Shown here: piece by piece, positions 55,541 to 64,000 of the stretch
Layout: every line of letters starts with the position of its first letter
Position numbering within the stretch: position 1 is the first letter of the stretch
Source: Alphaproteobacteria bacterium
Lineage (GTDB): Bacteria; Pseudomonadota; Alphaproteobacteria; JAAXGF01
Assembly: GCA_963555825.3 (NCBI GenBank)
Contig: CAUVXB020000001.1
Span: 1,440,001-1,504,000 of the forward strand
Reading direction: 5' to 3'
DNA length: 64,000 bases
The notes under the pieces: model-generated
The model's input: only the letters and a program-made list of their open reading frames with translations
What the model was told of the DNA's origin: nothing
Database searches by the model: none
Program-made: the position numbers and the translations under genes

Positions 55541-55770
55541 GCGAGGGCGACTTTCCGAAAACCGTTACGGGCACCTGCCGGCCCCGCTCGGGGACCGGCG
55601 CGGCGATCCTATGCCGAGCCGCCCGCCGGTTCAAGCGCGCGTCGCGACAGGGCGGAGAAATCGAACTATTTTGCGCGCGTGTAACTCGTCGGCACCATTG
55701 GCGCTGGTCTTACGGCCCGGCTCTCGAATGAATCTCTCTTCATGCATCCTCGATCACCGGCGCAGTCTTG

Positions 55771-55941
55771 AACAAACCGACTTGCCGGCCATGTCCGGAC
55801 GTTCGACGCGGGCCACCGAACGGCCGAGTTCGGCCAAGAACGGTCGTTCGGCTTGGCTGCCTGGAGGGCCCGTTCGGATCAGAAAGCGGACGTTCGAGGA
55901 CCACAGTGTCGAAGGTCAAGTGTAGCTCTTATCGGACACTG
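55771..55941. repeat. Array of four degenerate 31-34 bp palindromes with 45-46 bp period
   Basis: Right arms CGGACGTTC, CGGTCGTTC, CGGACGTTC, CGGACACTG end at 55804, 55849, 55895, 55941. Confidence 0.65.
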
Positions 55942-56034
55942 TAGAGCACCGAAGTTACTCGGGCAGCATATTGTACTACTACACGCTAAGAGAAGACGGG
56001 ACCCACTCTCGCGCCGACCAAGCCAGCCTATCTA

Positions 56035-58139
56035 TCACTTAAGGAACTTCAACAGCTCGGAGATTGTCTGGGCGGGCTGTTCCTCCGCCAGATAGTGACC
56101 GGCATCCAAAGCTCGCCCGGAAAGCTGGGATGCCTTTTTTTTCCAAATTTCCATCACGTCGAAACACTGCTCCATTACGCCCCTTGCTCCCCAAAGTGAG
56201 TCGGACCCGATTTCCTTGGACACAGAATTGGCTTAATCGAAGTGTCCAAGGAGGACCGGAACATGACCGACAATTTTGAGAACAAAGTTGCTGTTGATGG
56301 GCCTGTGGTAAACGAGGGCGAGCTTGGCTCGTCCACGTTTTCCCCGGGCCAGGTTTCGCCGGCAGGCCCGCTGGGACTTGGCCAGCGGTGGACGGTGACG
56401 CGCAAGCGTGAGGTTGCCCTGCGGCTTTTGCGTGGCGAGCCGGTGGAACTTTTGTCGCGGCAGTTGGGCGTGGAGATTTTCCGGCTCGAGCAGTGGCGTG
56501 AGAAGGCGATCGCCGGGATCGATGCCTCGCTCAAGGAACGCAAGGGCGATCCGGTGAAGGCGGAACTGGACATCGCCATGAAGCGGATCGGGGAGTTGAT
56601 CATGCAGGTGGAACTGCTGGAGGCCAAGACGGAGACGTCCGGCCCTTTGGGGCGGCGGAGGTCGCGGCGATGAGTGCCGCCACCTCTCCCGGCACGGGTT
56701 TGGCCTACGGCCTCCAGCGGGTCTGTGCGGCCTGGGGTTTTGCCCGTTCCTCGTTCTACGCCATGAAATCCCGGCAGCAGGCCACCGCTGAGCGCCCACC
56801 AGCAAAGCGCCGGGGACCGAAGCCCTCGATCTCGGACGAGGCTCTGCTGGTGGCCATCGAGGCCGACCTGGAGGCATCCCCCTGGGAGGGCGAGGGACAC
56901 CGCAAGGTCTGGGCTCGGCTTCGGGTCTGTCGTGGCATCCGTGTTTCCCGCAAGCGGGGGCTCCGGGTGATGCGCGAGAACAACCTGCTCTCGCCCCATC
57001 GCTGCCGCCGCCGTGGCGGAAATCCCCATGTCGGTGAGATCATCACCCATGCCCCCAACCTCATGTGGGGCACGGACGGCGTTCGGGTGTTCACGGTGGA
57101 CGACGGCTGGGGCTGGATATTCACCGCCATCGAGCATTGGAACGCCGAGTGCGTCGGCTGGCATGTGTGCAAGCGAGGCGACCGCTTCGCCGCCCTTCAG
57201 CCGATCTCCATGGGGCTTGCGAGGCTGTATGCCTCGACCTCCGCCGGTGCGGCGCGGGGGCTGGCCTTGCGGATGGATCACGGCTCCCAGTATCTGTCGG
57301 ACCACTTCACCAACCAGATCAAGTTCTGGGGCATCCAGCCGTCCTACGCCTTCGTCGAACAGCCCCAGACCAACGGCGTCGCCGAGAGGTTCAATCGCAC
57401 GCTCAAGGAACAGATCATCCATGGCCGCATCTACCGCAACATCGCGGAGCTGCGGAACGCCGTCCGCGGGTTCGTCGAACAGTACAATGCCCAGTGGATC
57501 GTGGAGAAGAACGGCTACCTGAGCCCCGCTCAAGCTCGTCAGGCGTGGCACACCGCGATGTCACTCAGGCCCGCCGCATGAGACAAACTTGTGTCCAAGG
57601 AACCGGGTGCGATACAGAACGTAATACGCAGGGTCTGAACCGATCATTCTTTCGGGTAAGTCTGGCGGCTGAGCGAGAAAAAAATTGGACCAGTAAAGCA
57701 GCGCAAATTCCCGGCTGATGTGCGCGTATAGTTCAAGTGTGGGCACGATATCGAGAAAGGCAACTTTGGAAACACGCTCCGGAAAATCCAAGGTCATTCG
57801 GTGCGCAACCCGAGCACCAATGTCGTGGCCGGCCAGATAAAAATTCTCGAAACCGAGCGCCGACATGAGCTCCACTTGGTCACAGGCCATCCTCCTATTT
57901 GAGTAAGTCGAGTGGTCTCCCACGTCACGCGGCTTGCCGCTGTCTCCCTGGCCTCGAAGGTCCGCAGCAATGACGGTGAAGTGCTCCGCCAATTCCGGAG
58001 CAACCTTGTGCCACATTGCGTGAGTCTGGGGAATTCCATGAAGCAGCAGCAACGGCGGCCCTTCGCCGCGCCGCACAAAATGGATGTTCACGTCGCTGAC
58101 AACAAGATCATTGGATTCGAAACCCTGGAACATCGTCAT
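56035..58139 (-). pseudogene. Alpha/beta hydrolase (haloacetate dehalogenase-like) split by an IS3 element with internal deletion
   Basis: LLLHGIPQTH, GHDIGARVAHR in 57617..58139; LWG...GHYLAEEQP in 56035..56196. Confidence 0.85.
56197..57616 (+). mobile_element. IS3 family element (orfA 56263..56673, orfB 56670..57581)
   Basis: IRs TGAGTCGGACCCGATTTCCTTGGACACA / TGTGTCCAAGGAACCGGGTGCGATACA; WGTD, DHGSQY, NGVAERFNRTLK rve motifs; no TSD. Confidence 0.88.
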
Positions 58140-58273
58140 CCATTTCCTACTACGCCTTCACGTAGCGCCCCTGCTTGAGAGTTTACGGGTACACCGCCGT
58201 TCATACGCGACCGCTCTAGTATTACTCAATTGATGTATTTTGCTCCAAGCGTATGTTTTTGTTATACTCGGGT

Positions 58274-59188
58274 ATGCGTGAGTTACCGAATCTGAACGCG
58301 ATTCGTGCATTCGATGCAGCGGCTAGGCATAGCAGCTTCACACGGGCGGCCGACGAACTTGGTGTCAGCCACGCTGCCGTTAGTCGGCATGTGCGCAATC
58401 TAGAGGTCGAGTTGGGCGTCGAACTGTTCGAGCGACACGCACGCCACATCGTGCTAACGGGCGAAGGCAGCCTGTTCGCACGCACCGCTGCAGAATCACT
58501 ATCTGGACTGGAACTCGGGACTGGGCGGCTTAGGCGCGGCGGCGGCCGCAGCACGGTAATTCTTGACGTCGAATCGGACCTCGCCACGCGATGGTTGATG
58601 CCGCTTCTGACAGATGAGACCCTCAGTGCACTCAACGTCAATCTCGATATTCGCATCCGGCCTGATCCACCACGCGCCGTACTTGGTGAAGCTGACCTCG
58701 CGTTAACTTTGGGTGCGGTATCCTGTGCTGGATTCAAGGCCACGCCGTTCTTGGATTACGACGTGTTCCCGGTTGCAGCGCCTTCGCTGCTGGCCTGTGG
58801 CTTAGAACAGGAGAATGCCATCTTCTATACCTCCCATCGTTTGATCCATGAGCGCGGCGTCTACTGGTGGCGTAGCTTTTTCGACGCAATGGATTTCAAT
58901 TTTGACGATGCGGCCGGGCATCTGTTTTTCAACCGTTCGCATCTTTGCATTGACGCTGCTGTCCGTGGGCTGGGGCTCACCATTGGCGACGATGTAGTTT
59001 GCCGCGATCATCTCTCATCAGGTTCACTTGTTCGGCTTTCTGGCCCCACCCTTCCAAACCGCGCGCGTTACTACCTCCTGGTACCCGACACGACATCGCT
59101 TTCGGGGCCGGTCAGGCGGGTACGCGATTGGCTAAGAGAGAGTACAACGCAACCAAACCAGCAAAACTTGGCAGATCACTGGAGATAG
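58274..59188 (+). CDS. LysR (GcvA-type) transcriptional regulator
   Basis: LPNLNAIRAFDAAARHSSFTRAADELGVSHAAVSRHV; divergent from the hydrolase. Confidence 0.9.
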   Translation: MRELPNLNAIRAFDAAARHSSFTRAADELGVSHAAVSRHVRNLEVELGVELFERHARHIVLTGEGSLFARTAAESLSGLELGTGRLRRGGGRSTVILDVESDLATRWLMPLLTDETLSALNVNLDIRIRPDPPRAVLGEADLALTLGAVSCAGFKATPFLDYDVFPVAAPSLLACGLEQENAIFYTSHRLIHERGVYWWRSFFDAMDFNFDDAAGHLFFNRSHLCIDAAVRGLGLTIGDDVVCRDHLSSGSLVRLSGPTLPNRARYYLLVPDTTSLSGPVRRVRDWLRESTTQPNQQNLADHWR

Positions 59189-59233
59189 TTTCGTCCATTC
59201 CTGGCTATGGGCGCCTCAATTTTTGCTCCGACC

Positions 59234-59313
59234 AGACGACGGCTTTTCGATCTGAAAGCCGACGTCCGGCTCAGCGATCGTGAAGGACCGAAACGGGTCG
59301 ATTGCGGGCGAAA
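59234..59313. repeat. Two palindromic units of the same family
   Basis: GACGACGGCTTT-TCGATCTG-AAAGCCGACGTC and GAAGGACCG-N14-CGGGCGAAA. Confidence 0.55.
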
Positions 59314-61222
59314 TGTCAATGGCGGAGCAAAAAGGGACCACCGTGGCGGTGTAAGAAGGGACCACTTGGCGGCTGCGGGCTTGTCCCCTAGTCCATGGGA
59401 GGGCCCCGCGTGCGACGCGGCGTGCCCTCAACAGGCCGACGCGGCGGCGCGCGCGGGAGGGACCTGTGGGCCCACGGGGTCAAGCGTGGGTTGGGTGGTC
59501 GGTTCAGTTCGCCGTCGGGGTTTGACGCCTGCGGCTCTGGTTGAGCCTGTAGCTCTCGCCATTCATCTCGAGGATGTTGACGTGGTGGGTGAGGCGGTCG
59601 AGGAGAGCGCCGGTAAGCCGCTCGGAGCCGAACACCTCGGTCCATTCGTCGAACGGCAGATTGGTGGTGACCAGGGTCGAGCCCCGCTCGTAGCGCTGGC
59701 TGAACACCTCGAACAGGAGCTCGGCACCGGTCTTGGACAGCGGCACGAAGCCGAGTTCGTCGACGATCAGAAGCTTGTAGGTGGCGAGCTTCTTCTGGAA
59801 CCTCAGCAGCTGCTTGTCATCGCGGGCCTCGATGAGCTCGTGGACCAGTGCGGCGGCGGTGATGAAGCCGACCGAGAGGCCCTTCTGGCAGGCCGCCAAG
59901 CCGAGACCGAGGGCGATGTGGGTCTTGCCGGTGCCGCTGTTGCCGAGCGCGATGAGGTTCTCGCGGCGCTCGATGTACTCGCAGCGGGCCAGCTCCAGGA
60001 CCAACGTCTTGTTGAGCGAGGGGATGACCTTGAAGTCGAAGCTATCGAGGCTCTTGATCACGGGGAAGCGCGCCGCCTTGATGCGCCGCTCGACCATGCG
60101 GCGCTCGCGGTCGATCAGCTCGAGCTCGGCGAGTCGCAACAGATAGCGGACGTGGTCGACGCCTTCCGAGGCACACTGCCGGGCGATCTTGTCGTACTCC
60201 CTCAGGAACGTCGGCAGCTTCAGCCTCTTGAGGTGGTGGACGAGCAGCACCTGCCGTGTGTCGGTCATGCGCCGAGCCCCGACAGCAGGCTCATGTACGA
60301 CTTGGCAGACGTCGTCGCGACCCGGGCGCGCGGCAGGTACGGATAGACGTCGAGGTTGAGTCTGGGCGGCCGCCGCTCGATGCGGCACAGTACCAAGTGC
60401 TTCACCGCATCGAAGCCGATTGCGCCGAGCCTGAGCGCGTCGCCGACCGCACCCTCGACCTCCTCGAGCCGGAAGGTCTCCAGCAGACGGAGCACCTGGA
60501 CGTACTCGCGCTTGCCCGCCTTGCCCATGCGGGCTTCGAGCAGGCGTCGCAGAGTGATGAAGGCCTCGGGCAGGTTCCAGCCCGCCAACGGCGCGGCCTG
60601 GTCGAGGGCGCCGATCTTCTGCTCGATCAAGGGTAGGTAATGCAGCGGGTCGAAGATCAGGTCCTCGCTGTCGTAGGACCGGCGGTGCCGGGCAATCACC
60701 TCCGCGCCGCAAGAGATAACGACCTCGTCGACGTAGCACCGGATCAGCACCTCGCGGTGGCCATAGGCCACGGGCACCGAGTAGTCGTTGCCCCGGCAGC
60801 GCACCAGCGACAGCGAGCTCACCCGTCCAGGGCGCTTGTCGCAGGCATCGTATGGTGCCGGGGGTAGAGGCAAGAAGGCTTCCCGGTCCCGTGCGAGGCG
60901 CTCGCCGATGGTCTCCTTGTGACCCCGCAGCCGCGCCGCCTGGCGCCGGCGGCACTGTCCCGCGAGAGCATCGTTGAGGGCCTCGAAGCTCTCGGCCCGC
61001 GGGACGGGGACCAGGAAGTTCCGCCGGATGAAGCCGACCAGTCCCTCGACCTTGCCTTTGTCGTTGCCCTTGCCCGGCCGGCCGAACCTGTCCTCGAACA
61101 GATAGTGGGATTGAAGTTCCGTGAAGACGCGCGTTCGCTGCCGCTTCCCATCGCCCAGGATGCGGGCGACTGCCAGCTTGGTGTTGTCGTACAGGATGGA
61201 GCGGGGGACGCCGCCGAAGAAC
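59314..61222 (-). mobile_element. IS21 family element, diverged second copy; istB 59504..60268 intact, istA cut by IS256
   Basis: Starts TGTCAATGGCGGAGCAAAAAGGGACCA (reverse complement of the 41787 end); near-identical IstB translation. Confidence 0.9.
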
Positions 61223-62587
61223 GAGCTATGTCCGAAAGTTGGTGACGGAGCTATCAGGCGGCGTGTTTGGTTATCTTGATTCCGTCCTTGAACGGCACTC
61301 CTTCGACGAGTTCGGCGAGTTGATTTGATCCGTCCAGCTTCCGCCATTTCCGCCTGGCACTCAAGATCAGTTTGAAGGCCATGGCGAGCGCCGTCTTGCG
61401 GCTCAGGCACCCCTTGGTCTTCACGGTCCTCAGGCGCACCGTGGCGAAGGTGCTTTCGATGGGGTTGGTGGTGCGGATGTGCTTCCAGTGCTCGGCCGGG
61501 AAGTCGTAGAAGCTCAGCAGGCGTTCACGGTCCTTGACCAGGCGCTCTGCGGCCTTGTGGTATTTTGCGCCGTAGGCTGCGATGAAGAAGTCGAAGGCGG
61601 CTTCGGCGTCGGCCCTAGTCTCGGCCATCCAGATGTCGTGCAGATGGCCCTTGGCTTTGGCCTGCAGGGATTTGGGCATCTGGTTGAGCACGTTGGCGGT
61701 CTTGTGGACCCAGCAACGCTGCACCCTGGTCTCTCCGTAAACCTCGCGTAGCGCCTTCCAGAAGCCCAAGGCGCCGTCGCCGACGGCCAACTCGGGGCCG
61801 GTCTCCAAGCCCCGGCGCTTGAGATCAAGCAGCAGTTCCTTCCAGCTTTGCGCGCTCTCTCGATAACCGTCGACCATGCCGACGATGTCCTTGTTGCCCA
61901 TGGCGTCGGCGCCGATGATCACCAGAACACACTGTTTGTCATGGTCCATGCGAGGCGAGAAGTAGACCCCGTCGGCCCAAAAATAGACGTAGCGCCGAGC
62001 CGAAAGGTCGCGCTTTTGCCAGGCTTCGTATTCGTCCCACCAGACCGCTTTCAGCCGGCCAATGGTGCTGGCCGTCAGGCCCGGCGCGTCCGGTCCCAGC
62101 AGCGCCGCCAGGGCCTCCGAAAAGTCGCCGCTGGAGATGCCCTTCAGATAAAGCCAGGGCAGAAGCGCCTCGACCGACTTGGCGCGCCTGAGATAAGGCG
62201 GCAGGATCGATGACGTGAAACGGATGCGCCCGCCCGTGGCCTGTGGATCTCGGTCTCGCACTCTTGGCCGCTTCACCGTCACAGCTCCGATCCCGGTCTG
62301 AACCTCGCGTTCCGGCATGTGCCCGTGACGGACAATACGGCGCCGGCCCGAAGCGTCGGTCAAATCGGCATGGGCTTCAATATGGGCGGCAACTTCCGCT
62401 TCAATCGCCTGGCCAAGCAACTGCCGGGCGCCGGCGCGCAATATCTCCGTCAGCGGATCGTCGAAAATCGACTCTGGCTGGCGCAACGCAACAACTGTAT
62501 CGTCTTTCATGGCGTATCCCTTTCTTCGGTATTGGCGTCTTCATCAACGCCAGGATACGCCGCCTTCATTCTCCATCACCAAGATTC
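61223..62587 (-). mobile_element. IS256 family element; transposase 61254..62510
   Basis: YFWADGVY, GDGALGFW, QRCWVHK, RTTNPIESTF motifs; partial IR GTTGGTGACGGAG / CTCCATCACCAAG. Confidence 0.9.
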
Positions 62588-63708
62588 CCGGTTGCAGCGC
62601 CTTCGCTGCTGGCCTGTGGCTTAGAACAGGAGAATGCCATCTTCTATACCTCCCATCGTTTGATCCATGAGCGCGGCGTCTACTGGTGGCGTAGCTTTTT
62701 CGACGGAGGATTTCAATTTTGACGATGCGGCCGGGCATCTGTTTTTCAACCGTTCGCATCTTTGCATTGACGCTGCTGTCCGTGGCGACCCTGTTCGCCA
62801 GCCCCGACTTCCTGCTCGGATGGAACGACGCGGATCGTCGACCGGCTAGGCGCAGCTCACCATTGGCGACGATGTAGTTTGCCGCGATCATCTCTCATCA
62901 GGTTCACTTGTTCGGCTTTCTGGCCCCACCCTTCCAAACCGCGCGCGTTACTACCTCCTCGGTACCCGACACGACATCGCTTTCGGGGCCGGTCAGGCGG
63001 GTACGCGATTGGCTAAGAGAGCTGTACAACGCAACCAAACGCAGCAAAACTTGGCAGATTCGTTTCTTCGAGCAGGGCGTCGGGCGCCTCAATTTTTGCT
63101 CCGACCAGAAGGACTCGACGACCACGGCTCCGACGTCCGGCTCAGCGATCGTCCGACCGAAACGGGTCGATTGCGGGCGAATGCCCGGTCAATCTCGGAG
63201 CAAAAAGGGACCACCGTGGCGGCCGGAAGTAAGAAGGGACCGTGGATTGGCGGCTGCGGCCTTGTCCCCAAGTCCATGGGAGGGCCCCGCGTGCGACGCG
63301 GCGTGCCCTCAACAGGCCGACGCGGCGGCGCGCGCGGGAGGGACCTGTGGGCCCACGGGGTCAAGCCGTGGGCCGGCGGTCGGTTCAGTTCGCCGTCGGG
63401 GTTTGACGCCTGCGCGCCTGTAGCTCTCGCCATTCACTCGAGGATGTTGACGTCGGGTGAGGCGGTCGAGGAGGCGCTCCTCAAGCCGCTCGGAGCCGAA
63501 CACCTCGGTCCGGATTCGTCGAACGGCAGATTGGTGGTGACCAGCCGTCGAGCCCCGCTCGTAGCGCTGTCTGAACACCTCGAACAGGAGCTCGGCACCG
63601 GTCTTGGACAGCGGCACGAAGCCGAGTTCGTCGACGATCAGAAGCTTGTAGACGTGGCGAGCTTCTTCTGGAACCTCAGCAGCTGCTTGTCATCGCGGGC
63701 CTCGATGA
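62585..63708 (+). repeat. Indel-ridden direct copy of ~58766..59836 (LysR 3' end, palindromes, IS21 end)
   Basis: Collinear sequence with many 1-3 bp indels and short unrelated inserts. Confidence 0.85.
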
Positions 63709-63715
63709 TTCGTGC

Positions 63716-64000
63716 ATGTTTACTTTACGCGGCGACGGACCGGAGAATTGTTTGATCGCTGGTCCGATTTCGGGGACAAACGTCGGCGCCTGATGGAGCA
63801 ATCCTGGGCCGGGGTTTTTCGGAACCATCTGCTTGTCGAACTTCCGGTTGACGATCTTTGCCGTCACCTTGATGAACGCATGGGCCGACCATCGAAGGAT
63901 CTACACGTTGTCATCGGGGTCTTGCTTTTGCAGCAGCTGCACGATCTGAGCGATGCAGAGACCGTCGAGGCCCTGGCCTTCAATATGGCGTGGCACTATG
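63716..64000 (+). CDS. N-terminus of an IS1182/IS5-like transposase (partial, early frameshift)
   Basis: Reads ...ELFDRWSDFGDKRRRLMEQSWAGVFR...MGRPSKDLHVVIGVLLLQQLHDLSDAETVEALAFNMAWHY to the window end. Confidence 0.65.

Noticed and set aside
55771-55941. CRISPR array
   Set aside because: The repeats are highly degenerate, the linkers are only 13-15 nt, and there are no cas genes in the window
62908-63867. Novel ORFs in the window tail
   Set aside because: Chimeric translations of an indel-corrupted duplicate and of the antisense strand of a transposase

Overview
GC-rich alphaproteobacterial chromosome segment (glnB-glnA, purQ-purL-bolA-grxD, tRNA-His) with amine/nitrogen-scavenging enzymes (Rieske oxygenase, polyamine-type binding protein, amidase, FAD amine oxidases, aminotransferases, PhyH dioxygenases) and signalling genes (multi-PAS kinase, FixJ-like regulator, degenerate GGDEF, PilZ, two adenylate cyclases). 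About a quarter of the window is IS DNA (ISKra4/ISLre2-like, four IS630 types, IS21, IS3, IS256). These elements split six host genes, five of which reconstruct in frame. Most notable: (1) a ~1280-aa lipoprotein triheme cytochrome island flanked by a duplicated aminotransferase 3' end; (2) two LysR+enzyme cassettes bordered by arrays of a shared 32-34 bp palindrome resembling recombinase sites; (3) a 261-bp structured MITE sharing TACC..GGTA ends and 3-bp TNA duplications with local IS630 elements. The last ~1.4 kb looks like error-prone assembly. All calls come from reading the sequence; no database searches were run.
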